Virus record (IMG/VR): IMGVR_UViG_3300035210_000087
Span: 1-58,822 of that record
Source of the DNA: a virus
Taxonomy: Duplodnaviria; Caudoviricetes
Reading direction: 5' to 3' (one strand)
DNA: 58,822 nt
Below, in pieces: positions 1 through 9,878 of the stretch. The position numbers and the translations under genes are program-made. Every line of letters starts with the position of its first letter. Position 1 is the stretch's first letter. The notes under the pieces were generated by a model. The model was not told the origin of the DNA. It did not search any database and was given only the letters and a program-made list of their open reading frames with translations.

Positions 1-48
1 CAGGCATACTACGACATCGCGCGGCGCATGAACGACAAGCTGATCTGA
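1..48 (+). CDS. C-terminal fragment of a gene running in from the left edge (QAYYDIARRMNDKLI*)
   Basis: Frame-1 open codons with GC3-rich usage ending at TGA 46-48. Confidence 0.4.
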   Translation, partial: QAYYDIARRMNDKLI

Positions 49-140
49 CGCAGGGGGGTGCGGACGCTGCGGCGCCCGCATCTCTCTGCGCCAGGTGCGC
101 GGACCGCCGGCAATGCAGCCTGCGGATAGAGGGACCACGA

Positions 141-935
141 ATGGCACTCAGCAAGAAGAGGGCGAGCGCCGCCGGGAAGAACCGGCAGAAGCCGTTGCCC
201 AAGCGCAAGCCGGTGAAGGAGCGGGTGTACCGGACCCGCGAGGCCATCCTCGCAGACCTGACGGAGATCGTCGCCAAGGTCGAGATCGAGGCCGCCAAGC
301 CCCGGACCAAGGACCTGGAATGGCAGTATGCCCGCAGCGGGCCGCTGTCCAAGCTGCGGGAGAAGACCACCGACCTGGGGTATGAGCTGCGGAGCACGGT
401 GCAGCACGACCCGCTGCCGGAGGAGGACGGGCTCGGGGATAGCTGGGCCATCTCGGAGACCCTCATCGACCGGGCGTTCGCGGCGAAGCCTGGGGAGGTG
501 CCGACGTGGACGCAGAGCGGAGCCTTTTTGCTATGGGCTGGGCGCATCCCGGTCCTGTGCGAATGGGGCGGCTGGGTCCACCCCGCGGCCGCTGTCTGTG
601 CGGTGGCGCCCAACCTGCCTTGGTTCAAGCCGGGCGGCTACCAGTCCGGAAGCGCCTCCACGCTGCCGGCCAAGGCGCTGACGGTTGACGGTTTCTTCCG
701 GGGCTCGATCGCGGCCTTCCTGAAGGCGCCCGATCTCAAGCTGCACCCGCTGACCGACAACCCAAAGTTGCGGGGTGAGTGCCGGCTCGGGGTCAAGACG
801 CCGCTCGACGGGGTGAGGCAGGCGGTGGAGGGGCATGGGGAGTGGCTGCGGCTGGCTCTCGCGCGGGGCCCGGTGCAGCCTATCCAGATGCCGCACCACC
901 TGCCGGCGATCCAGCTTTCGTTCTTAGGCGCGTAG
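141..935 (+). CDS. hypothetical protein (264 aa)
   Basis: Long ORF, GAGGG RBS upstream, coding-like codon usage. Confidence 0.75.
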   Translation: MALSKKRASAAGKNRQKPLPKRKPVKERVYRTREAILADLTEIVAKVEIEAAKPRTKDLEWQYARSGPLSKLREKTTDLGYELRSTVQHDPLPEEDGLGDSWAISETLIDRAFAAKPGEVPTWTQSGAFLLWAGRIPVLCEWGGWVHPAAAVCAVAPNLPWFKPGGYQSGSASTLPAKALTVDGFFRGSIAAFLKAPDLKLHPLTDNPKLRGECRLGVKTPLDGVRQAVEGHGEWLRLALARGPVQPIQMPHHLPAIQLSFLGA

Positions 936-993
936 CTAAACCAGGAGATAGCGGGGCGGCTCGCTGCGGCGGGCCGCCTCCAAGGAGCCAACA

Positions 994-1212
994 ATGAGCG
1001 GATTTGTCGTTGCGATGGGGCCGTGCCTCGCCTGCGGCCGCGTGTTCACCTTCAACCCCCACCTGGTCCCGTCGCTGCCGTGGAACGGCACGAAGGAGCC
1101 GATCTGCCGGACCTGCATGGAGGCGTCGAACCAGAAGCGGGTGGCGGCTGGAAAGGAGCCGCACCGGATCATGCCGGGGGCGTACGATGAGATGCCCGAG
1201 AGCGACCTATGA
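994..1212 (+). CDS. small zinc-finger protein
   Basis: AAGGAG RBS; CLAC...CRTC pairs; stop overlaps next ATG. Confidence 0.7.
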   Translation: MSGFVVAMGPCLACGRVFTFNPHLVPSLPWNGTKEPICRTCMEASNQKRVAAGKEPHRIMPGAYDEMPESDL

Positions 1213-1772
1213 GCGACAAGCCCGGGTTTGAGCTCGTCTTCTCCGACAAGGATGGTCCGCGCGGCTGCGGGAGCTGCACCCTCTGCTGCAAGCTGGTGCC
1301 CGTCCGATCCATGAAGAAGCCGGCGAACACGCGCTGCAAGCACCAGCGGTTCGGCCAGGGCTGCCGCATCTACGACAACCGGCCGGCCGAGTGCCGGTTC
1401 TGGTCCTGCCGCTGGCTGAGCATGGAGGACGCCGCCGGCCTGACGCGCCCGGACCGCTGCCACTACGTCGTGGATGTCATGCCCGACGCCATCACCATCG
1501 TGCATCACGACACCGGCGAGCACATCCCGCTGCCGGTGGTGCAGGTGTGGGTCGATCCGGACTACCCGGACGCCCACAAGGACCCGGCTCTGCGCGCCTA
1601 CCTGGAGCTGCAGGGCAAGGAGCACAACTGCGCGGCGCTGATCCGCTTCAACTCACGCGACGCCATCGTGCTGATGCCGCCGGCGATGACCCACGATGGG
1701 CAGTGGCACGAGCAGCACTCAAACCTGCGGATGGGAGTGCGGGACAAGGACGGAATACCGGCCGGGGAGTGA
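1209..1772 (+). CDS. YkgJ-like CxxCxxCC zinc/iron-chelating protein
   Basis: CGSCTLCC ... C ... CRIYDNRPAECRFWSC signature. Confidence 0.8.
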   Translation: MSDKPGFELVFSDKDGPRGCGSCTLCCKLVPVRSMKKPANTRCKHQRFGQGCRIYDNRPAECRFWSCRWLSMEDAAGLTRPDRCHYVVDVMPDAITIVHHDTGEHIPLPVVQVWVDPDYPDAHKDPALRAYLELQGKEHNCAALIRFNSRDAIVLMPPAMTHDGQWHEQHSNLRMGVRDKDGIPAGE

Positions 1773-1868
1773 GCGGTGTTCGGCCTTGCCGAAGAGGCTT
1801 AACTTGAAACCAGCAGGCCGGCGGGGCTGGGAAGAAACCCCGCCGGCCAAACGTAAAGGACTGCGGGA

Positions 1869-2045
1869 ATGCCCAACACGCCTGCGTTTTCAGATTGTGC
1901 CTACCCCGAAGATTGTCAATGCGCCGCTCGCGGCTACCAGCACGAGCGCGACCACTGCGCCGTGGCGGCGGTGATCGAGGCCGCCAAGGAGATCGGCTTG
2001 GACACCGAGGCGCTGTTTGGCGAACTGCCGCGTGATCCAGAATGA
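1869..2045 (+). CDS. hypothetical protein (58 aa, MPNTPAFSDCAYPEDCQC...)
   Basis: Read manually; AAAGGA RBS, stop overlaps ATG at 2042. Confidence 0.55.
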   Translation: MPNTPAFSDCAYPEDCQCAARGYQHERDHCAVAAVIEAAKEIGLDTEALFGELPRDPE

Positions 2046-2254
2046 GCGACACCCCGGAGGACCTGGTGCTGGTGCTGCTGCGCGGCATCAGGACGGACAT
2101 GACGGAGCTTCGCGCCGACATGCTGGAGGTAAAGGAGCGGCTTGGATTGCTGGAGGCGCAATACTCATCCATTTCCCGGCGCGTCGATCGTGTGGGTGGC
2201 GACATCGAGCGCATCAAGCGCCGGCTGGAAATCGCAGAGGAAACGACACCATGA
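2042..2254 (+). CDS. small coiled-coil protein
   Basis: Heptad-like LRADMLEVKERLGLLE; ATGA coupling on both sides. Confidence 0.75.
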   Translation: MSDTPEDLVLVLLRGIRTDMTELRADMLEVKERLGLLEAQYSSISRRVDRVGGDIERIKRRLEIAEETTP

Positions 2255-2580
2255 CCGGCTGGGAGGATCGCTACCGCGTGGCCGCCGAGCGGTGCGCCGA
2301 GCTCGCCAACGTTGAGGGCAACGGCCTGGTGCGCGAGGCGCTCATCGACGCCGGGCACAGCTTCCGCAAGGCCCAGGCGCAGCATCGGGAGATCAAGCAG
2401 AAGCGGGACGACACGCGCTTCACCATTTTCCAGGAAGGCGACTTGTCCAGCGCCGAGCGCGGCATCGCCTTCGAGGAAGCCGAGAGGTCAATCCACTACC
2501 GCGACAAGGGATGGCGGATGCTGCCGGACGCCGAGTTCGACGCGCTGGTGATCTACACGATGATCGAGCGGGGGGAGTGA
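2251..2580 (+). CDS. hypothetical protein
   Basis: ATG 2251 coupled to the previous stop, GAGG RBS. Confidence 0.7.
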   Translation: MTGWEDRYRVAAERCAELANVEGNGLVREALIDAGHSFRKAQAQHREIKQKRDDTRFTIFQEGDLSSAERGIAFEEAERSIHYRDKGWRMLPDAEFDALVIYTMIERGE

Positions 2581-3176
2581 TGTCGTTTTCCTTCACGCCC
2601 CCCGCGACGCTCGCTGTCGGCCAACGGTGCAGCGCATTTGACGACGCCGGAATGCTTGGCGAGGGCATCCGACTGGTGGCGGACGCCAAGCATGCGCCGG
2701 TGATCTGGGCGCTGTTCCGCCGCCCGACGCCGCGGGAAATCCGCTGCGCCGGCGCGGAGAGCGGCACCAAGCTGAAGCTCGCGCTGGTGCCGGCCGGCAA
2801 GCACACGATGTTCATGCTGATGGACTTGCCGGGACTGACACAGGGGTGGGCGGACGCGCCGTTCAGCCGCGGGCTGCTGCCGCCGGGGCTGCAAGAGCTG
2901 ATCCCCCGGACGGAGCGGCAGGGCTACCTCTGCTCGCTGGTGCTGCTGGATACCGACACCCGGATCGTGCATGCCCTGCGCGTGTTCTCGGTTTCGCCGA
3001 AGTTTTCGGAGACGTTCGACCAACTGTGCCGGGACCAGCTCGCGAACATCGACACGTTCAGTCCGGACGCGCACGACGCAGAGATCCAGGCCGCCTACAG
3101 GAAGTGGCCGAAGGCGGACGCGATGGTGAAGCACGCGCTGGTCGTCGAGACAGCCGGGGTCAAGGAGACGTTCTGA
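2580..3176 (+). CDS. hypothetical protein (198 aa)
   Basis: TGATG coupling, GGGGAG RBS. Confidence 0.75.
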   Translation: MSFSFTPPATLAVGQRCSAFDDAGMLGEGIRLVADAKHAPVIWALFRRPTPREIRCAGAESGTKLKLALVPAGKHTMFMLMDLPGLTQGWADAPFSRGLLPPGLQELIPRTERQGYLCSLVLLDTDTRIVHALRVFSVSPKFSETFDQLCRDQLANIDTFSPDAHDAEIQAAYRKWPKADAMVKHALVVETAGVKETF

Positions 3177-3397
3177 TGGCACGAAATTTTCGGGGCTTTT
3201 GTGCGCCGCCATCATTTCCGATTGGCCCCGGCGATCGTGTGGAGAGCGGCAGCGGCGAAGACTACGACACCGGCACCGTGTTGGATGGCGATTATGCAGA
3301 CAGACCGGCACCGGGAGAAAACATGCGATGGATCGGCTGGGATTGCGGCGTCAAGACATGGACGCACGTCGATGACCTGAAGATCATCGGGAAGTGA
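3176..3397 (+). CDS. hypothetical protein (SH3-like beta-rich)
   Basis: TGATG coupling, AAGGAG RBS; GDRVE..GTV..WIGWD pattern. Confidence 0.65.
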   Translation: MARNFRGFCAPPSFPIGPGDRVESGSGEDYDTGTVLDGDYADRPAPGENMRWIGWDCGVKTWTHVDDLKIIGK

Positions 3398-3415
3398 AAA
3401 TTGGAGCGACGGACG

Positions 3416-3619
3416 CTATTCCCTCACCACTGACGCCTTCCACCCGCGGCAACTGAACAGCGCCCGCAGCTCGTCCGAGGTCCTCCGGAGGCAATGCTTC
3501 CGGAGGATCGGCGCAGCTTCCACGCACACGCCATTTTCCACGATGATGCCTGCAACGAATGTTGGCGCGACAACACGCACCAGCGTAGTAATCCGGGCAT
3601 CAACAAGGCGGTGTGACAT
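3416..3619 (-). CDS. small hypothetical phage protein
   Basis: LVRVVAPTFVAGIIVENGVCVEAAPILRK..GWK resembles a small phage protein family; start uncertain. Confidence 0.5.
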   Translation of the reverse strand: MSHRLVDARITTLVRVVAPTFVAGIIVENGVCVEAAPILRKHCLRRTSDELRALFSCRGWKASVVRE

Positions 3620-3947
3620 GGGCATTCCCATCGGCGGAACGGTTGACCTTTCACTCGCGCCGGTGACCGGCACACTCGGAGCAGTCGGAAACGGCTCGCC
3701 GTTCCAGCCCGCACCGGGCGAATTCAATCTCCTGATCTACGGAACTTTCGTCGCGACTTTGGTGGTCGAGAAGACCTCCAACGCCGGAACGACCTACGTG
3801 CCGCTATCCATCGACCTGTACGGCACGGCGATCAGCCTGACCGGGGCGGCGGCCCTGCAGCTCAACGACCGGGAGCAGGGCAACTCATATCGCGTCCGGA
3901 CGACGGCCTGGACATCGGGCACCGTCAACTATCGGTGGTCGCAGTGA
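3618..3947 (+). CDS. putative virion structural protein (head-fibre base/adaptor)
   Basis: Gly/Thr-rich beta protein directly upstream of two fibre genes. Confidence 0.6.
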   Translation: MGIPIGGTVDLSLAPVTGTLGAVGNGSPFQPAPGEFNLLIYGTFVATLVVEKTSNAGTTYVPLSIDLYGTAISLTGAAALQLNDREQGNSYRVRTTAWTSGTVNYRWSQ

Positions 3948-5161
3948 CGGCAGCGGCCATAGCGGCTGCTGTTTTCCCGCACATCCGGCCGACTTTAGAG
4001 CCCAGGGCATCGTCGAACGTCTTTCAGTTTACATCTCGGATGCCGGCCGCTTTCACGTTCGCCCGCGCCTCGGGATCGACGCAGTTCGACCCCAGCTTGC
4101 AGCTTTCCTATTTGGGCAACGAAGTTCCGGACATCGAATATGAACCGGCGACGCTCCAGCCTCTTGGCCTGGCGCTGTTCGGGCAACAGCGCAACGACAG
4201 CCCCAACAACATAGCGGCAGGGATAGCCAACGGCGGGGTGCATAGCTACGCCGTATCAACGGACATCGCCCCGCCATACCCCGGCGCCACGGTCTGGAAG
4301 CTCACGAAGGGCGCGAACCCGGACTCCAATTTCTGCAACGCCAACCAAATCACCTGCCCCGTCTCGTCGGCGATATTCGGGTCGGTGTGGATGTATATTC
4401 CTCCGTCCAGCACAGCCACCCTCGCCCGCATTAGCTGTGATGCGGCGAGCGCGAACATTGCGTGGAAGCCCTACGATTTGGCCAACAAGGGCCGGTGGCA
4501 GCGGCCATGGCGGCTGTACACGTCAAGCTCATCGGCGGCCAACACGGGCTGCCAAATCCGCATTGACGGCATGACGTCAGGCCATTCCCTCTACGTGTGC
4601 CTGCTGCACATGGCGATCTCCACCGCATATTGCCCGACCATCGTCACCAGCGGGTCTGCGCTCACGCGCGCATTAGAAACGCTGCGCCTGTCCGACGTGG
4701 CCTTTGCGCCGATGCTGAATGCCCCGTGGAAAACAGCCATTGTCGAGGTGACGATACCGCAGCTTCCGGCCGCCGGAAGCGCCAACCTCCTGCAGCTCGA
4801 TGACGACACGGACAACAACAGGGTCCTGCTGCGCTACGACGCAACCGGGGCCGCGATCAACGGGTATCGCGTGGTGGGCGGGGTCGGATCGGCGGCGGCT
4901 CCGGTTGGCACCACAACCTCGGGCGCGGTGATCCGCGTCGGAATTACGATGAACGCCACGGACGCGAAGTTCGTAGGGCCGACCGGCACCATCGCGTCAC
5001 TCACCGGGGGGGCGCTCGCACCGACCAAAATGCGCATCGGCAACCGCGCCGTCGCTGGCTCGAACATCCTGAACGGCTACGCGCGGCTGGCCGCGACCTA
5101 CCCCTACACCGTGAGCGACGCGCGCCTGCAAGCCATGATCGTCCTTGGAGCACCGCTATGA
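3944..5161 (+). CDS. putative head spike/fibre protein with LamG/ConA-like C-terminus, paralog 1
   Basis: FTFARASG N-terminal motif, TRALETL linker, LNGY..YPY.VSD.RLQA C-terminus; GTGA coupling. Confidence 0.7.
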   Translation: MTAAAIAAAVFPHIRPTLEPRASSNVFQFTSRMPAAFTFARASGSTQFDPSLQLSYLGNEVPDIEYEPATLQPLGLALFGQQRNDSPNNIAAGIANGGVHSYAVSTDIAPPYPGATVWKLTKGANPDSNFCNANQITCPVSSAIFGSVWMYIPPSSTATLARISCDAASANIAWKPYDLANKGRWQRPWRLYTSSSSAANTGCQIRIDGMTSGHSLYVCLLHMAISTAYCPTIVTSGSALTRALETLRLSDVAFAPMLNAPWKTAIVEVTIPQLPAAGSANLLQLDDDTDNNRVLLRYDATGAAINGYRVVGGVGSAAAPVGTTTSGAVIRVGITMNATDAKFVGPTGTIASLTGGALAPTKMRIGNRAVAGSNILNGYARLAATYPYTVSDARLQAMIVLGAPL

Positions 5162-6462
5162 CGCAGATCGGGTCGCTGGTCTCGTCGCACGTTCGCCCGC
5201 AGTGCGGCAGGCCGTCTACCGGGAGCGTGTTCTCGATGCTCTCGCAGCTTTCGCCGAGCTTCAGCGTCAGTCGCGGGTCCAATTCATACCAGTTCGACCG
5301 CGCTGGGTCGTTGGTGGTGGCTGCGGCCGACACGCCTGCGATCTGCTTTGACCCCGCGACGCAGGCGCCGCAAGGCTTGTGGATCAATCAGGCCCAAACG
5401 AACTACGTTGCAAATCCGCGATGCGAGGGCGGGGTTGCCGGATCGCCCGGAACGGTCCCGACATCATGGTCGTTTTTGGCGACGGTAGGCGGTGTAACGC
5501 GCGAGATGTCGGCGCCTACTGTGGAAGACGGCATCCCGTGCATTGATCTGCGTTATTACGGAACGCCAGCCCTCACGAGCTTCATGTCACATTACTTCCA
5601 GTTTGCGACCGCGACACCGGCGACGCCGGGGCAGTCATGGACCGGCGCAATGAATGTCCGTCTGGTGGGCGGCACATTGGCAAACACGCGGTTTGAGCAG
5701 CGGGTTATTACCAGGAACTCCGCCCAAGGCGGCGTCGATTTTTCCACGCCGATATTTGTTCCGTCGACAAATCGCCTGTCTACGTGCCGCCTCTCCACGA
5801 CAATTGCCTCCGCGTCAGCGACCACCGCATACGCGAACATTGGGTTTGGTATTCAGGTGACTGTCGGCATGCCGATTGATTTCACGATCCGCGTCGGCGC
5901 GCCCACCCTGGCACAGTCGTCAATCACCCAGCCGATCATCTTGCCTCTGGCCGGAGCGCAAGGGAACTCGACGCGCGCCGTGGATACGCTGCGCCTGACG
6001 GATGGCGCGTTTGCTCAGCGCGTGAACCCGACCCAGGGAACCATTGTCGTTGACGCCGTGATGCTGCGCTCCGTTGCGCAGAACGCGCTTGCCCGCGTGC
6101 TTCAACTCAATGACGGCAGCATCAACAACACGATTGATCTATTTGTAACAGGCACTACCGTTGCCGCGCAGGTTGCTATAGCTACCGTGCAGCAGGGATC
6201 GACGCCGGGCTACCCGGCGTCTGCGGGCGAGCGTGTGCGATACGTGCTCCGCTGGCAGCCCGGATCGGTGCGTCACGCAGCAATGGGCAACCTATACGGC
6301 ACCATCACGACAGCGCTGCCGACAATCTCCCAGGTATGGATCGGCAATCGCCCAGACACCGGCAGAGCGTTGAACGGCTACGTCGAGAAGGTCGCCATCT
6401 ACCCCTACGCCGTAAGCGACACGAGACAGCAAGCAATCTCAGTGCTGGGAGCACCGTTATGA
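5158..6462 (+). CDS. putative head spike/fibre protein, paralog 2
   Basis: FSVSRGS, GLWINQAQTNYVAN, TRAVDTL, LNGYVEKVAIYPY motifs; ends VLGAPL like paralog 1. Confidence 0.7.
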   Translation: MTQIGSLVSSHVRPQCGRPSTGSVFSMLSQLSPSFSVSRGSNSYQFDRAGSLVVAAADTPAICFDPATQAPQGLWINQAQTNYVANPRCEGGVAGSPGTVPTSWSFLATVGGVTREMSAPTVEDGIPCIDLRYYGTPALTSFMSHYFQFATATPATPGQSWTGAMNVRLVGGTLANTRFEQRVITRNSAQGGVDFSTPIFVPSTNRLSTCRLSTTIASASATTAYANIGFGIQVTVGMPIDFTIRVGAPTLAQSSITQPIILPLAGAQGNSTRAVDTLRLTDGAFAQRVNPTQGTIVVDAVMLRSVAQNALARVLQLNDGSINNTIDLFVTGTTVAAQVAIATVQQGSTPGYPASAGERVRYVLRWQPGSVRHAAMGNLYGTITTALPTISQVWIGNRPDTGRALNGYVEKVAIYPYAVSDTRQQAISVLGAPL

Positions 6463-6836
6463 CAGCGTATTTCGATTATCGCTTCCGCTTTCTGGCAACG
6501 GAGAGCGGCAAGACGAACGCTGCCGCGGCGCTCGAAGCGCTGCGCGCGGCAGGCGCCTGGGTCGGCACGAATGAAGCCCCCGTGAACATGCTGGGGGACC
6601 CGATCCCCGGCATGCCGGGCGTGCTCGGCGCGGTGGGGCGCGCTGCTTTCTCGTATCAGGAAGAGGGCGTGGGGCCGCTCATCGAGGTCGCGGCTGTTGG
6701 GGATCCGGCCTACTACTACGTGGCCATCCGCACGAAGGTGTCGCCCGACAAGGTGCCGCCGACGCTGCCAGCGACATTCGGCTTGGAAGCGGTCGACGAG
6801 GAGACCAGCGCCGCTTTGCTTGGCGTGTGGGCGTAG
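6459..6836 (+). CDS. hypothetical protein, possible fibre-associated chaperone
   Basis: ATGA coupling to the fibre gene. Confidence 0.65.
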   Translation: MTAYFDYRFRFLATESGKTNAAAALEALRAAGAWVGTNEAPVNMLGDPIPGMPGVLGAVGRAAFSYQEEGVGPLIEVAAVGDPAYYYVAIRTKVSPDKVPPTLPATFGLEAVDEETSAALLGVWA

Positions 6837-6916
6837 CTTGGGTTAAACAGACCGGCATCGAGACAAGCCTGCTATTTTAGGGCGTGGGCCGACTACTGGA
6901 TTTTGGGAATAATCCA

Positions 6917-7867
6917 ATGCGCAGCGAGCTCCTTGACGTTGTGGCGTGTGTTGCCAACCCGGTGCGAGAAAAGGCGCGCATAGCTCTGGCGCTGCCGTTC
7001 ATTGACCACATGATCGCATCCGGGGTGCGGCTTACCATTGTCGAATGCGCTTATGGCGAGCGGCCATTTGATCTGGTGCCGTCTTCGCCAGCGGCGTTCA
7101 CCCACATCGGCGTGCGCGCGGCCGGAAACACGCTGATGTGGAACAAGGAGAGCCTGTTGCAGATCGGCCTGGAGAGGCTGCCGGACGACGCGAAATACGT
7201 CTGCTTCTGGGACGCGGACATTCACTGCCGGAATGAAGATTGGGCGGCGGAGGTCGTGCATGCGCTGCAGCACCACGAGGTCGTGCAGCCGTGGTCGAAC
7301 TGCCTCGATCTCGGATCGCACGGCGAAGTGTTGGAGGTGCATACAGCGCTTTTCCGGCTGTATCGCGAAGGCCACACGATCGTGCAGGGGCCGAACGTTG
7401 GGCGCGTCCCCTACAAATTCGGCCATCCGGGTTTTGGCCTGGCCTTCACCATGCGCGCACTCGACAGGCTGGGCGGGCTGATCACCACGGCGGCATTGGG
7501 GGCGGCCGATCATCACCAGTGCATGGCGCTGCTGTCGCGCGTTGACGACAGCATTCCGCGCGCAATGACGCCCGGCTACAAGGCGCCGCTGCGGGCGTGG
7601 CAGGCCCGCGCCGATCGCTTCATCCACAAAAATGTGTCGTTCATTCATAACGTTGTCGAACACGGCTACCACGGTGAGAAGGCCCAGCGCGCCTACGTGT
7701 CCCGCTGGGACATCTTGATCAAGAACGACTTCGATCCGGCCTGGGACATCAAGCGGAACAGGTATGGCGTCCTCGAGCTCGCCGGCAACAAGCCGAACCT
7801 GCGCCATGAGATCGACCTCTACTTCCGGCGGCGAGACGGGGATCGCCCCTCGACGGCGATCGCATGA
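6917..7867 (+). CDS. putative GT-A fold glycosyltransferase
   Basis: WNKESLLQIG, YVCFWDADI (DxD), HPGF, GAAD and H-x-YHG motifs. Confidence 0.7.
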   Translation: MRSELLDVVACVANPVREKARIALALPFIDHMIASGVRLTIVECAYGERPFDLVPSSPAAFTHIGVRAAGNTLMWNKESLLQIGLERLPDDAKYVCFWDADIHCRNEDWAAEVVHALQHHEVVQPWSNCLDLGSHGEVLEVHTALFRLYREGHTIVQGPNVGRVPYKFGHPGFGLAFTMRALDRLGGLITTAALGAADHHQCMALLSRVDDSIPRAMTPGYKAPLRAWQARADRFIHKNVSFIHNVVEHGYHGEKAQRAYVSRWDILIKNDFDPAWDIKRNRYGVLELAGNKPNLRHEIDLYFRRRDGDRPSTAIA

Positions 7868-8256
7868 TGGCCGTCGATCCAGAGGGGTGGCGTACCTGCC
7901 CGATCGGTTCGTGCCAACGACATGGCGCGTGCATGTACCATCCATGCCGGAATTGGGCGCTGCCGGCCGGCGCCCCGCCGGCGGTCGGCCTGATCACCGC
8001 GGCGCTGCAGGTCGCCACGGAGGCCATCTACATCGGCGGCGGCACCAGCGATCCTGACCTGTTGGCATTGGCCGAGCAGTTCGCGGCACAGGATGCGCGG
8101 GCGGCCGTGGTGGCGTTCTTGCGTGCGCTGCCGGGCCGCTTCCCGCTGCCCAGCCGCACCGGCTCGGACTGCAGCGTGTGGGGCGCCATGGAGGGCTGGC
8201 ACGCGATGCTCGCCGATGCCGTGGAGGACGCGAAAATACCCCCCAAGCCCAAATAG
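7864..8256 (+). CDS. hypothetical protein
   Basis: Coupled ORF with Cys-rich N-terminus. Confidence 0.55.
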   Translation: MMAVDPEGWRTCPIGSCQRHGACMYHPCRNWALPAGAPPAVGLITAALQVATEAIYIGGGTSDPDLLALAEQFAAQDARAAVVAFLRALPGRFPLPSRTGSDCSVWGAMEGWHAMLADAVEDAKIPPKPK

Positions 8257-8261
8257 GCCGG

Positions 8262-8456
8262 TCAGAGCATCCAGAGCATCCGGCAGAGGTGGACTGACGA
8301 GGACGGCGGGATGCGCAACACCCGCTGCGCTTCGAGCTCGCACAGCGTTTGCCGACGGTGCAGCTCGGCCGCGAGGATGTCCCGCGCGGCAATGGACAGC
8401 GCCATGAACGTTGGAACCAGCAGCACCAGCAGCATCAGCATGCGGCGCAGGCTCAA
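8262..8456 (-). CDS. small membrane-anchored protein
   Basis: Hydrophobic N-terminus; overlaps upstream stop. Confidence 0.5.
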   Translation of the reverse strand: MSLRRMLMLLVLLVPTFMALSIAARDILAAELHRRQTLCELEAQRVLRIPPSSSVHLCRMLWML

Positions 8457-8695
8457 CGGAGGGGGGCGACCATGTAGCGGCGCCAGGCTATCTCGGAGGC
8501 CACCAGCTTCACGACCGCGTCGGTGGTCATGTGCATGGCCGCCGCAATGGCCGCGAGGTCGCCCGGGCTGGCTTTGCGCTCTCCCGTCAGGAGGTGGCTC
8601 ATTTTGGTCCGCGAGCAGCCGATCGCCTCGGCGAGCTCGCGTTGATTGCGGAGGCCGGCGGCGCGCAGCGCGGAGGTGAACTCGCGAGAGCGCAT
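8453..8695 (-). CDS. XRE/Cro-family helix-turn-helix protein
   Basis: GLRNQRELAEAIGCSRTKMSHLLTGER HTH. Confidence 0.8.
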   Translation of the reverse strand: MRSREFTSALRAAGLRNQRELAEAIGCSRTKMSHLLTGERKASPGDLAAIAAAMHMTTDAVVKLVASEIAWRRYMVAPLR

Positions 8696-8913
8696 CAATC
8701 CACCGCCACGGCGCAAGCCAGCGAGCAGAACACGGCCGGTCCGCTGTAGGGCGTGCCGCACTGGTCGCATTTGCGCTCGGGGTAGCCGTCCACGCGGTAG
8801 CGGCTATCCCACCCGCAGCTCGGGCAGACCGAGAAACTGGAATGGATGCGGCCGCGGCTGTCGCTCAGCGACGCAACGTGCAGCACCTCCTGGCAGATCG
8901 GGCACCAACTCAT
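8695..8913 (-). CDS. zinc-ribbon protein
   Basis: CPIC, CPSC, CDQC, FCSLAC motifs. Confidence 0.7.
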   Translation of the reverse strand: MSWCPICQEVLHVASLSDSRGRIHSSFSVCPSCGWDSRYRVDGYPERKCDQCGTPYSGPAVFCSLACAVAVD

Positions 8914-9116
8914 GGCGCGGGCTTCTTTTTCCGGCGCCGCTGCTTGTGCACGGGCTGCGCGGGCTGGCGCGGCCGGATCGCCCGCGGCAGCGGATGCTTC
9001 GGGTCGCTGCAGGTGGGGCAGGTGCGCGGGTAGCCCGGCGGATCGGGGTCGTCGAACGAGGCGCAGCAGCACTCACAGAGCGAGCCGTCGAGCACGAGAT
9101 CGGCAATATCACCCAT
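8910..9116 (-). CDS. small Cys-rich phage protein (MGDIADLVLDGSLC...)
   Basis: MG-x-IAD-xx-LDG-x-LC..GYPRTCPTC is a recurring phage motif. Confidence 0.65.
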   Translation of the reverse strand: MGDIADLVLDGSLCECCCASFDDPDPPGYPRTCPTCSDPKHPLPRAIRPRQPAQPVHKQRRRKKKPAP

Positions 9117-9354
9117 CGGAGCGCCTATACGGGTTTGACCCCAACCTCTGGGGCACGAATTGCCCCGCGCCGCCCCAGGAGCCACTGGAAGGCGGCGCGG
9201 GAGTGGGCTGGTGGGCGACCTTGGCCGGACACGCTCCACCAACCCAACTACGGCGGTCACGCACAGGGCGTTCTTCCACCGGCAAGAGAGGGTCGCGGCG
9301 CCCCTTTCTGGACGACGCCACGACCCGGCAGCCACGCCCCAGGCGTCGGCCGCG

Positions 9355-9447
9355 TCACAAGACCCACACGATCAGCCACAACAGCGCCCACAGGACGGTC
9401 GAGAGCCCGACGATCAGCAGCGTGGCGGCCCAAAGGGGGAACGGCAT
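9355..9447 (-). CDS. 30-aa single-TM peptide (MPFPLWAATLLIVGLSTVLWALLWLIVWVL)
   Basis: Read manually; entirely hydrophobic; directly downstream of the holin candidate. Confidence 0.45.
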   Translation of the reverse strand: MPFPLWAATLLIVGLSTVLWALLWLIVWVL

Positions 9448-9473
9448 TTCGGATTTCCCGTGATAACTTCCGC

Positions 9474-9878
9474 TTACCGCGGGTTATTCGCCGCAGCCGT
9501 AAAGGCCGCCGCGTAGCGCGGTGTGGATACGGCCGCGAGCTTGCCGAACTCGCCGGAAATGATGCCGGCCAGCGTCTTGTCGGACACCCCGAGCTTCTCG
9601 ATGGTCTCCGGCATCCGCTCGTGCAGCATCGTGACCGCGCCGGAGATCATCGCCGCCTTGACGGCCTGCCCGTCGCCGTGCCCGGCGGGCGGCAGGCAGG
9701 CCAGGGTGTCGTGGATGTTGGCGGCCAGCCGGCCGGCACCACCAACCACGCGGGCCACCAGCTCGTTGTGCGTGCGCTCGCGGAGGTAGACCGCCGCATG
9801 GCCGAGCACCCAGCTCGCCAGGGTGGAGAGCACCAGCGCGATCGGCACGGCAAACACGTCTGCCAGGTCCGTGATCAT
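9474..9878 (-). CDS. putative holin
   Basis: N-terminal TM helix; coupled to the endolysin stop. Confidence 0.55.
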   Translation of the reverse strand: MITDLADVFAVPIALVLSTLASWVLGHAAVYLRERTHNELVARVVGGAGRLAANIHDTLACLPPAGHGDGQAVKAAMISGAVTMLHERMPETIEKLGVSDKTLAGIISGEFGKLAAVSTPRYAAAFTAAANNPR

